Part shown: piece by piece, positions 1-7,453 of the stretch
Position numbering within the stretch: position 1 is the first letter of the stretch
How the letters are laid out: each line of letters begins with the position of its first letter
Assembly (NCBI GenBank): GCA_016194445.1
Contig: JACQBP010000045.1
Coordinates: 1 to 44,847, forward strand
Length of the DNA: 44,847 nucleotides
DNA from: Candidatus Liptonbacteria bacterium
Lineage (GTDB): Bacteria > Patescibacteriota > Minisyncoccia > UBA6257 > 2-01-FULL-56-20
Reading direction: 5' to 3'
Position numbers and translations under genes: made by a program
The notes under the pieces: generated by a model
The model's database searches: none
What the model was told of the DNA's origin: nothing
What the model saw: the letters and a program-made list of their open reading frames with translations, nothing else

Positions 1-99
1 AAAAAGTTTATCGAGCTCGCCGATCTGGTCACGGAAATGAAAGAAATAAAACACCCCTACATGAAAGGCATCAAAGCCAAAAAAGGTTTAGAATACTGA
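1..99 (+). CDS. cobO: C-terminal fragment of cob(I)alamin/corrinoid adenosyltransferase (CobO/BtuR/CobA family), truncated by window edge
   Basis: Frame 1 reads [32 protein letters not shown], matching the family C-terminal ADLVTEM..IKHP...G..A..G.E motif. Confidence 0.85.
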   Translation, partial: KKFIELADLVTEMKEIKHPYMKGIKAKKGLEY

Positions 100-143
100 A
101 AACAATTATTCTAATTTCTAAATAACCTAATTATTCTAAAAAT

Positions 144-695
144 ATGGCTAAGCTTTTTCAAAAACTCGGCGGGCTAAAATATCTCATCGCCCTGGCAGCC
201 GGTATCAGCCTGCGCTTCATTCCTTTTCGCGCTCCCAATATTGAACCGGTGATGGCCACCACCATGCCCTTGGCCAAAAAATACGGGCGCTTGAGCGGTT
301 TCCTATTTGCGTTCTTGAGCATGGTCCTCTACGACCTCATCGACGGCAAAGTCGGCGCCTGGACTTGGGTGACCGCCGTCGTTTATGGCGCAATCGGCAT
401 CGCCGCGGCCTATTACTTCAAAAACAAATCCAACCGCCCGCTCAATTATCTAAAATTTTCCATCGTGAGCACCCTCGCCTTCGATGCTTTAACTGGTCTC
501 ACGATCGGCCCGCTTTTCTTCCATCAAGCCTTTACCGTCGCGCTCGTCGGCCAAATCCCCTTCACTTTAATCCACTTAGCCGGCAATTCCGTCCTAGCGC
601 TAGCCGTAAGCCCACTTATCTATCGCTGGCTCGTTTTAAACCCCAAACTTGAAACTCAAAACTCTAAAAACTATTTAGCCGTAGATCAACTCTAA
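144..695 (+). CDS. ECF transporter S-component, probably cobalamin-specific (BtuM/CbrT-like)
   Basis: 183 aa, ~6 hydrophobic helices, PN(I)EP loop motif after helix 1, directly downstream of the adenosyltransferase. Confidence 0.7.
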   Translation: MAKLFQKLGGLKYLIALAAGISLRFIPFRAPNIEPVMATTMPLAKKYGRLSGFLFAFLSMVLYDLIDGKVGAWTWVTAVVYGAIGIAAAYYFKNKSNRPLNYLKFSIVSTLAFDALTGLTIGPLFFHQAFTVALVGQIPFTLIHLAGNSVLALAVSPLIYRWLVLNPKLETQNSKNYLAVDQL

Positions 696-703
696 AATAT
701 TAG

Positions 704-743
704 CAAAATAAAGCCCGCGATATGTCTTGCGGGCTTTATTTTG
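704..743. terminator. Bidirectional intrinsic terminator
   Basis: CAAAATAAAGCCCGC / GCGGGCTTTATTTTG inverted repeat between convergent genes. Confidence 0.8.
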
Positions 744-749
744 ATTTCT

Positions 750-1754
750 CTATGAGGCCGGAGGTGGATCAGAAACTGGCGGTGGAGTTGGGTCTGTCGG
801 CGGCGGAGTCGGATCGGCTGGGGGCGGAGTGGTATCGGATGGAGGTGGAGTCGGCTCGGTTGAAGTTGGAGTAGGATCAACCACAGGCATAGTCGAAGTC
901 GAATCCGGAACAGTAGAAGTAGAATCCACCGGAGTCTCATTGGTCGTTGAAGTTGAAGTAGAGCTTTCGGTCTGATCTGGAACCGCTTCACTTCCTGCGC
1001 CGGCTTCTCCCTCTAAACCGGTATCACCCTCCGGCGAAACCGCATCCAGAATACTCGCCCCTAAATTAGCCGGCTCGGAAGGAGGCGGCTCGCTCTCGCA
1101 AGTCGGCGCTGGAGCTTGACCCCCTAGATAATCAGATAAAGCTATCTGGTCAAAGACATCCGAAACGCCATCACCGTTCAAGTCAGTTTTCACTCCCGTC
1201 GGGATCGAGCCCCCGCTGAAGAGATAGTTTATCAAAACCGTCACGTCTGGCATATTTATCACCCCGTCAGCATTGATGTCGCCGCAGAGCAAGAAAAACT
1301 GATCGCAGGTTGAAACCGTTTCCGAAGTATTAATCTCTTCAATTAAGTTATGATAATAGGCCAGCGTGTCGCTTACTTGCGGATCAGCGAGCAATGCCGC
1401 ATCCGCTTGGGCCGCCAACTGTGAAAGAGTGGTGCTATCTCCGCCTCCCACAATCGCTTCTCCGGAACCGAAATAAGCGATATCAAATTTCAAAGCCAAA
1501 AGCTGTTTTTTAAGCTTATTGGCTAAAACATTATTCGGCAGATTAAAAACCGCGTCCGCTTCCGCGTTATTTGCCACCGTTGTATCCCCTACTGTTTGCG
1601 GGAAAATTCTTTGGCTAGGATGATTCTTCCAGTATCCCATTGAGCGGATTTCATAAGTTAAGCAGGGCTTTCTCTCGATCGTGGCCGTCACATTCACAAT
1701 ATGCGCCTCAAAAGCCGCAAGCGGCACCACGAGCGTAATTAAAACGAAAAACAA
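750..1754 (-). CDS. Secreted/surface protein with dockerin type I (double EF-hand-like) module and Pro/Thr/Ser-rich tail; start uncertain
   Basis: GDINADGVINMPD and DLNGDGVSDVFD Ca-binding repeats; hydrophobic N-terminus followed by AFEAHIVNVTATIE; C-terminal DPTPPP repeats. The frame stays open upstream to 1940. Confidence 0.75.
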   Translation of the reverse strand: MFFVLITLVVPLAAFEAHIVNVTATIERKPCLTYEIRSMGYWKNHPSQRIFPQTVGDTTVANNAEADAVFNLPNNVLANKLKKQLLALKFDIAYFGSGEAIVGGGDSTTLSQLAAQADAALLADPQVSDTLAYYHNLIEEINTSETVSTCDQFFLLCGDINADGVINMPDVTVLINYLFSGGSIPTGVKTDLNGDGVSDVFDQIALSDYLGGQAPAPTCESEPPPSEPANLGASILDAVSPEGDTGLEGEAGAGSEAVPDQTESSTSTSTTNETPVDSTSTVPDSTSTMPVVDPTPTSTEPTPPPSDTTPPPADPTPPPTDPTPPPVSDPPPAS

Positions 1755-2013
1755 ACCAATTCTCGAAATTAAAAGCAGTTTAAAAATATAACCTAAAGTT
1801 AATTTAAATTCCCCGATAGCGTTAAAAATTTTCTCCCCAAAATTTTGCTTCTGTCCTAAGCGAAGCCGAAGGGCTTGCCCTAAAATCGCCGTCTCCGTTA
1901 AAACCCCCTTCTTTATTCGATAATCCTTTTTACACCTATTTCATTTGGAGGTATGTTATACTTTAGCCATATAAGGTGTCAGTAGGGAAACTAGGGTAAA
2001 AATCTTCAATTCC

Positions 2014-2033
2014 TGTGGATAAGTTTTGGATAA
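2014..2033 (-). promoter_or_regulatory. Pair of DnaA-box-like sites
   Basis: TGTGGATAA (2014-2022, reverse complement TTATCCACA) and TTTGGATAA (2025-2033). Confidence 0.45.
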
Positions 2034-2051
2034 GTCAAAAAGGCCGAAAAA

Positions 2052-2125
2052 AATCCGGGCATGGACGCTAAATCGGGGAAACTGCCTGAAAAATCAAGCA
2101 AAGATTTAGCGTCCGTGCCCGGATT
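2052..2125 (+). repeat. Long intergenic inverted repeat (23-bp arms, 28-nt loop)
   Basis: AATCCGGGCATGGACGCTAAATC / GATTTAGCGTCCGTGCCCGGATT, with one T.G pair on the + strand. Confidence 0.85.
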
Positions 2126-2216
2126 CTTGAAAAGTCTCAGCTATTCTATTGTCGCTAGACTCTAAAACAATTATCCTTAAATTGTCAATGGTTTCCAAAA
2201 ATTCATCTAGCACCTA

Positions 2217-3272
2217 ATGGACCGTCAAAATCTACAAGTTTATTTTTTCCTAGGACTTATCTTCGTCGCCCTCGTTATTGTTTTCTTTATGTTCCTGCCC
2301 TTCCTAGGATCAGTCGTCCTCGCTACTACCTTTGCTGTTCTCTTCGAACCCGTCTACGAAAAAATTTTAAAACTATCTCGAAACCAAAGAAGTGTCGCCT
2401 CCCTCGCCACCATTCTTACCATTCTCATTATTGTTTTTGTTCCCTTAACTCTGATTGGTATTAAAGTCTTTGGCGAAGCTCAAGATCTTTATCTTAGAAT
2501 CACCCAACCCAACACCGCTATTAACCCGGTCACCAAAATCGAAAACACCTTAGAACATAACCTCAAAATTTTCTTTCCCAAGTTGTCTGTTTCTCTTAAT
2601 CTTAATGATAGTATCAAGAGCTTTTTCAAGTGGTTCACCCAAAATTTAGGACCCATCTTCTCCGGTTTAGCCAACATTTTAACAAGCTTCCTGCTTAGTC
2701 TTTTGGCTATTTACTACATTTTTAAGGACGGCGCGCGGCTCAAAAAAGCCGTCTTCAGAGTTAGTCCTCTGCCGGAAAAATACAATGTCGAAATACTAGA
2801 GAAGGTTAAATCCTCTATCAGTTCAGTTATTAAAGGCAATCTTATCGTCGCGATGAGCCAAGGTATCGTGGCCGGCATCGGCTTTACCATCTTTGGCGTG
2901 CCCAACGCCGCCCTCTGGGGTTTTGTTACAGTCGTTGCCGCCCTCGTTCCAATCGTCGGCACCTCTCTTGTCCTTGCCCCAGTTATTATTTACCTCTTTC
3001 TTTTTGACACCCTGTTCTCCGCGATTGGTCTTCTCGCCTGGAGCATGCTCGCGGTCGGTTTAATCGACAACCTCCTCGGACCAAAGCTTATTCAAAAAAA
3101 GATCCAAGTTCACAATTTCCTGATCCTCTTAAGTGTTTTGGGCGGTATCAGTCTTTTTGGACCGATCGGCTTTCTTTTAGGTCCGTTCTTGCTAGCTTTC
3201 CTCTCTGCCCTGCTTCAAATCTACCCCTCCCTCATTCTCCGAAAAAAAGAAGTGGTCGAAATGATCGAGTAG
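2217..3272 (+). CDS. AI-2E family transporter
   Basis: 351 aa polytopic membrane protein with IP.VG, IDNLLGP and GG...FG.IG..LGP motifs. Confidence 0.9.
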   Translation: MDRQNLQVYFFLGLIFVALVIVFFMFLPFLGSVVLATTFAVLFEPVYEKILKLSRNQRSVASLATILTILIIVFVPLTLIGIKVFGEAQDLYLRITQPNTAINPVTKIENTLEHNLKIFFPKLSVSLNLNDSIKSFFKWFTQNLGPIFSGLANILTSFLLSLLAIYYIFKDGARLKKAVFRVSPLPEKYNVEILEKVKSSISSVIKGNLIVAMSQGIVAGIGFTIFGVPNAALWGFVTVVAALVPIVGTSLVLAPVIIYLFLFDTLFSAIGLLAWSMLAVGLIDNLLGPKLIQKKIQVHNFLILLSVLGGISLFGPIGFLLGPFLLAFLSALLQIYPSLILRKKEVVEMIE

Positions 3273-3320
3273 CCTTAAAACTACTAACCTTTAAGTGATA
3301 GTGGCTACTATACTCGAGTC

Positions 3321-3887
3321 TTATTGAACTCTTTCTACGTACTCGCCAGTTTCTGTATTCACCTTCACAACATCCCCTTCGTCCACAAAAAGCGGCACTG
3401 AAATTTTGGCTCCCGTTTCAAGCGTTACCACCTTCGTTCCCCCTTGCGCCGTGTTGCCTCTAATCGCCGGCGGGGCTTCGGTAACTTTCAGTTCCATTTT
3501 AACTGGTAACGTCACCCCAATTACTTTTTCATTGAAAACTAGAGTCGTCACTTGCGTACTCTGCTTCAAAAACTGTCCCGCCTCGCCCACTAATTCTTCC
3601 TTCAAAGAAAATCTATTTCCCGGTTTTCCGATCTCGTGAAACCAACACTCGCCTTTGGCTTTATAAATAAAGTTAGCTTCCTTTTTCTCCATGTCGGCCT
3701 CGTCGAAGTTATCGCTCGGCTGAAAATTTCGATCGAAAACCTTGCCAGTCATCAAGTTTCGAATCTTAGTCTGCACCACCGCCTTCCTCTGTTGCATGCG
3801 CAAAAAATGCGCCTCCAAAACCTCGTACGGCTCGCCGTTCATCACAAAAAACACTCCTTTTCTTAAATCAGTGTAAGATAAAGACAT
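3321..3887 (-). CDS. efp: Elongation factor P
   Basis: PAIRGNTA, LETGAKISVPLFV, VNTETGEYVER; tip loop reads RMQQRKA. Confidence 0.97.
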   Translation of the reverse strand: MSLSYTDLRKGVFFVMNGEPYEVLEAHFLRMQQRKAVVQTKIRNLMTGKVFDRNFQPSDNFDEADMEKKEANFIYKAKGECWFHEIGKPGNRFSLKEELVGEAGQFLKQSTQVTTLVFNEKVIGVTLPVKMELKVTEAPPAIRGNTAQGGTKVVTLETGAKISVPLFVDEGDVVKVNTETGEYVERVQ

Positions 3888-3996
3888 AAGGGCACACTTA
3901 TCCCGAGCGAGTCCCGCTAAGCGGGACGACGAGGGGGATACAATTGATTTGATACTGATTTTAGCAGAAAATCAATAGAAATCAACTCATAGTAAA

Positions 3997-4139
3997 CAAA
4001 ATCGGCGGGGAACATTTCTGCTCCACCGCCGAATGTCGCTAAGGGATTTCTTTTAGCGCTCCCCGCTCTTGGGGCATGGCCGGCATCATCCCTGATTGGC
4101 CTGGCGCGACGTTTGGACGCCAATCTCGCCTTTCCGTGA
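3997..4139 (-). ncRNA. Candidate small structured RNA or leader (~140 nt) upstream of efp
   Basis: Consensus promoter immediately upstream; several complementary segments; ends in a GAAA-capped GC hairpin plus ATTTTGTTT. Confidence 0.55.
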
Positions 4140-4145
4140 AACCAA

Positions 4146-4173
4146 ATTATAAACCTCAAAACCAAACTGTCAA
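4146..4173 (-). promoter_or_regulatory. Consensus sigma70 promoter TTGACA-16-TATAAT
   Basis: Reverse complement of TGTCAA (4168-4173) and ATTATA (4146-4151). Confidence 0.8.
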
Positions 4174-4177
4174 CAAA

Positions 4178-4210
4178 CTAAAAACCCCCGTTTTAATGCG
4201 GGGGTTTTAG
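4178..4210 (-). terminator. Intrinsic terminator after khpA
   Basis: AAAACCCCCG / CGGGGGTTTT stem with U-run on the minus strand. Confidence 0.75.
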
Positions 4211-4230
4211 CTATTTAAGTTTCTTATATT

Positions 4231-4539
4231 TTAGAAACTCCCTGAATCGCCTTCCATGGGTTTCCTTTGTCTTGAACCGCCCTCCGGCTCTTCAATTTTC
4301 AAATTAACCCGGGCGTTGTTTTTGATCCCCACGATGCGGAGCAATGAACGGATCGCCTTCGCGGTCGCGCCTTGGCGTCCAACCACCTGTCCCATATCTA
4401 ATGCGTTTACCCGAAGCGAAAGTAGCACTCCCATTTCATCCACTTTGCGAACCACCTTCACGTCATCGGGATGATCAACTAAGGACTTTACTAAGAATTC
4501 CAGGAAATCCTGATCAGCAGTATTAGTCATTATTTTCAA
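4231..4539 (-). CDS. khpA: KH-domain RNA-binding protein KhpA
   Basis: DMGQVVGRQGATAKAIR (GxxG) motif; conserved position after rpsP. Confidence 0.92.
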   Translation of the reverse strand: MKIMTNTADQDFLEFLVKSLVDHPDDVKVVRKVDEMGVLLSLRVNALDMGQVVGRQGATAKAIRSLLRIVGIKNNARVNLKIEEPEGGSRQRKPMEGDSGSF

Positions 4540-4624
4540 TTCTGATTTTCATTTCGACCTTTTCATCAAGACGTAAGTCTTCGCAGTTTAAAAGCTGACT
4601 TTCGAAATCATGTTTCTTTTCTGC

Positions 4625-4942
4625 CTAAGCGCCCACCGCCGCGCTCGCCGCCGGAGCCGTCTTATCGCTACTCTCTTTCTTGCTCATTTTAACCGCCGCT
4701 TTTTTCCCCGTTATCACGCCTCCCTGAATCAATAGGTTGTGGACGGTAACGGTGGGCTGCGCCCCGACCCCTAACCAATGTTTCACTCTTTCCTTTTTAA
4801 CGCTCACTGCCTTAGTAAAAGAGTTGTAAGAACCCAAATCCTCAACTGGCGGGCCTCCCAATTTTGACCGCTTCAAAGCCACAACTAGCCGGTAGCTCGG
4901 TTGATGTTTCTTCCCGATCCTCTGTAATTTTATGGCTAACAT
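4625..4942 (-). CDS. rpsP: 30S ribosomal protein S16
   Basis: IKLQRIGKKHQPSYRLVV, WLGVGAQPT. Confidence 0.97.
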   Translation of the reverse strand: MLAIKLQRIGKKHQPSYRLVVALKRSKLGGPPVEDLGSYNSFTKAVSVKKERVKHWLGVGAQPTVTVHNLLIQGGVITGKKAAVKMSKKESSDKTAPAASAAVGA

Positions 4943-5070
4943 AAAAAGTAGGTCAATAATAAAACCTTTCCGTTATAAAATCAAGGTATGATTGAAAACC
5001 TAAGTAATTGAGTGCTGTACGCGCTCGGAGGCGGTGGTGTAGGCATCTGCTGTGGCATTTGCGGTGGAGC

Positions 5071-5511
5071 TTATGGTGGTGTGAGCATAGGTGGCGGCAT
5101 TAAGCCAGCGGAATTATTTCTATTTAAAATTTCTTGCACCTTCTTAGCCACGTCCCCTAATTCTTCCGTTTTCTCAATAAAATCTTCCATCCCTAATTCT
5201 TTGCTGATGTTTTTATGATCCCCCGTCAAAGCCGGCCATGGATCTTTAAGATTGGTCAGAAAGGCAACTTTCAAATTTTTGGTTTCTGGGTTTTGTTTGA
5301 TATTTAAAGCAATGTCCGTCCCCGTCGGTCCCGGTGGCATAAAAATATCCATCAAAATTAAATCGGGCATCAACTCTTTTGATTTTTGCACGGCTTCCGC
5401 CTCATTTTTAGCCGCCTCCGTGTCAAATCCGGCCGCTCGAAGCTTAGCCGTGAAAATCTCTCGAAAATTTTCCTCGTCATCCACTATTAAAATAAGCGGC
5501 TTTTGCCTCAT
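5071..5511 (-). CDS. Single-domain response regulator (receiver)
   Basis: IVDDE, LMDIFMP, FLT, K residues; Pro-rich tail. Confidence 0.9.
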   Translation of the reverse strand: MRQKPLILIVDDEENFREIFTAKLRAAGFDTEAAKNEAEAVQKSKELMPDLILMDIFMPPGPTGTDIALNIKQNPETKNLKVAFLTNLKDPWPALTGDHKNISKELGMEDFIEKTEELGDVAKKVQEILNRNNSAGLMPPPMLTPP

Positions 5512-5519
5512 AACTGAAA

Positions 5520-5906
5520 TTAAAAAAAACTTTTAACCTTACTAGCAATCTTATCCAAATCATCCGTTTTCCTAAGATAATCATTCGCCCCGATCTCTTT
5601 CGAAAAATGCACATCCGCCTCTCGCATTTCCATCCTCGGATCGCCAAAATTAGTCAAAAAAACCACTTTGATATCTTTCGTCTTCGGATCATTCTTGAGT
5701 TTCATCACTGCCCCCGCTCCATTTAAAACCGGCATCTCCATATCCATGAGTATCAAATCCGGCTTTAACTCCCGAGCGCTCTTGTAACCTTCCTCGCCAT
5801 CCTTCGCTGTCTTGACCTGAAAACCGGCTTCCGTCAACTTAGCCGAGAATATCTCTCGAAAGTTTTCTTCGTCGTCAACAATCAAAACCAAAGGTGGATT
5901 ATTCAT
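5520..5906 (-). CDS. Single-domain response regulator (receiver), paralog of the neighbour
   Basis: IVDDEENFREIF shared with 5071..5511; LMDMEMP. Confidence 0.92.
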   Translation of the reverse strand: MNNPPLVLIVDDEENFREIFSAKLTEAGFQVKTAKDGEEGYKSARELKPDLILMDMEMPVLNGAGAVMKLKNDPKTKDIKVVFLTNFGDPRMEMREADVHFSKEIGANDYLRKTDDLDKIASKVKSFF

Positions 5907-5980
5907 ATCTTTTATGATAATATTTTACCCGAAATTACACAAATTCGCTATCCCCATTCTTAACTCCTGTATTTAGTCCA

Positions 5981-6020
5981 CCTAAAATCTAAAACCTATA
6001 ACCTATAACCTACAACCTAA
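5981..6020 (+). repeat. Degenerate heptamer tandem repeat (CCTAnAA)x5-6
   Basis: cctaaaa tctaaaa cctataa cctataa cctacaa cctaa just upstream of prfA. Confidence 0.8.
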
Positions 6021-6026
6021 TTCATA

Positions 6027-6758
6027 ATGACCAATAAAATTATACTAGAAATCAGAGCCGGTGCTGGCGGCGACGAAGCCTCAATTTTTGCGGGCGACCT
6101 GGCCCGAATGTACCAGCGTTATGCCGGAAAACGCGGTTGGAATTTTCATATTTTAGACTCTAGTCAAAATAGTCTTGACGGCTATAAAAATCTCGTAGCC
6201 GAACTCTCGGGCGTTGGCGCGTACGATGAATTAAAACAAGAGTCCGGCGTCCACCGCGTCCAGCGTGTCCCCAAAACCGAAAAATCCGGCCGCGTCCACA
6301 CTTCGACTGCCTCCGTCGCCATTTTGCCCATCGTCGAAGCCAAAGAAGTCAATATAAAGGACAGCGACCTCGAAGTCACTTTCTCCCGCGCTGGTGGTCC
6401 CGGCGGCCAAAATGTGAACAAAGTGGAAACAGCCGTAAGAATTTTACACAAGCCCTCTGGTATCGTCGTCGCCTCCCGTGAAGAACGCTCCCAGCACGCC
6501 AATCGTGAAAAAGCCATGGAAGTTCTGCGAGCCAAGCTCTACGAAATAGAACAACAAAAAGTTTCCGGCGACATTGGCGCTTCCCGCCGCGAACAAATCG
6601 GCTCGGCTGATCGCTCCGAAAAAATCCGCACCTACAACTTTCCGGACGACCGCATCACTGATCACCGCATCGGCAAAAAATTTTCAAGAATTGAAGATAT
6701 TATGGACGGTAATATCGATCCCATAGTAAAAGCATTCCGGAAAACGCCACAGAGCTAG
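6027..6758 (+). CDS. prfA: Peptide chain release factor 1, short form lacking the N-terminal helical domain
   Basis: [13 protein letters not shown] start, PKT (PxT) specificity motif, GGQ motif, [10 protein letters not shown]. Confidence 0.92.
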   Translation: MTNKIILEIRAGAGGDEASIFAGDLARMYQRYAGKRGWNFHILDSSQNSLDGYKNLVAELSGVGAYDELKQESGVHRVQRVPKTEKSGRVHTSTASVAILPIVEAKEVNIKDSDLEVTFSRAGGPGGQNVNKVETAVRILHKPSGIVVASREERSQHANREKAMEVLRAKLYEIEQQKVSGDIGASRREQIGSADRSEKIRTYNFPDDRITDHRIGKKFSRIEDIMDGNIDPIVKAFRKTPQS

Positions 6759-6770
6759 GAGGAAACACTT

Positions 6771-6841
6771 GCCCCGTACTAAACGAGAAATCTGAATCTA
6801 TTAATAAGCAGTTTAAATTTTTCTCGTTTTAGTATCGGGGT
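6771..6841 (+). repeat. Palindromic element CCCCGTA...TCGGGG
   Basis: GCCCCGTACTAAACGAGAAA / TTTCTCGTTTTAGTATCGGGGT imperfect inverted repeat. Confidence 0.7.
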
Positions 6842-6842
6842 G

Positions 6843-6881
6843 GAACCCATTATCAAAGCTTTCAAAAAATCCCCCCAAACA
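6843..6881 (+). pseudogene. Displaced duplicate of the prfA 3' end
   Basis: Translates EPIIKAFKKSPQT versus [13 protein letters not shown] at the prfA C-terminus. Confidence 0.7.
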
Positions 6882-6923
6882 ACCCCCTCCTCCGTACAGG
6901 TTTACTATTAAGAGTATAATACG

Positions 6924-7409
6924 GGCTAGCTCGGTGAGAGAGTCAAGCGCTTGGCTCTCAAACCTTAGGTTTCAAGGATTAGCTAGCCAGCTATCAACCA
7001 GTAGAAAGGATGTTGCGGACAAGGGAGCCCTCCATCGGAACTGACCGTTTGGTCGCTTTGGTGGGACAAAAGAGTAGGCTCACGCGCGTAGCGCAAGTAC
7101 CGTACTGGAAGAAAGTCTGACCGCAAAGAGGAAGGGCTATACCAACGGAGACGGGGACCGGGTTATGTAAATTTTTTAAAAACATAATGCGGATTGCCAC
7201 CCCTAACCGAAGTGATGCTCGAAAACTCTGTAGCTGATCCAGAGGCTGGGCGGATAAGTTCGAGGGTTGTACTGTCCGTCGCTAACACACCCCGAAAGCC
7301 AGAATCTCGCTTCGGCAAGCGAGTAGGAGGCAAAGCCTTTAAAGAAGCCCGCGAACATAGCGCAACACCACCCCGCAGACTTGAGCCGTCTGCGGGGTGT
7401 TTCTTTTTT
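6924..7409 (+). ncRNA. Large structured ncRNA (~480 nt), possibly ROOL-like
   Basis: TATAAT at 6915-6920; many local and long-range helices; 3' intrinsic terminator; no credible ORF. Family assignment is from recalled motifs only. Confidence 0.7.
7369..7409 (+). terminator. Intrinsic terminator of the large RNA
   Basis: CACCCCGCAGAC / GTCTGCGGGGTG 12-bp stem followed by TTTCTTTTTT. Confidence 0.85.
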
Positions 7410-7453
7410 AAAAATAATCTTTTTCAGGTAAAAAACCCGTCAGAGTTTTTTAA

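Noticed and set aside
2014-2033. Replication origin
   Set aside because: Only two boxes, no dnaA/dnaN nearby and no obvious skew switch visible here.
3917-4165. 82-aa ORF upstream of efp; also HDV-ribozyme-like GGCCGGCAT on the + strand
   Set aside because: The ORF starts inside the promoter spacer and crosses a terminator; the nested HDV pseudoknot pairings could not be built.
6756-6911. UAG readthrough joining prfA to its duplicated tail
   Set aside because: An in-frame TAA occurs 8 codons after the TAG.
7383-7399. GAGCCGTCTGCGGGG resembles the start of group II intron domain V
   Set aside because: The complementary 3' half of domain V and domain VI are absent; the sequence is the loop and 3' arm of a terminator.
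6924-7409. tmRNA or rRNA fragment as identity of the large RNA
   Set aside because: No tRNA-like acceptor/T-arm ends or tag ORF; only a short AAGTACCG coincidence with 23S rRNA.
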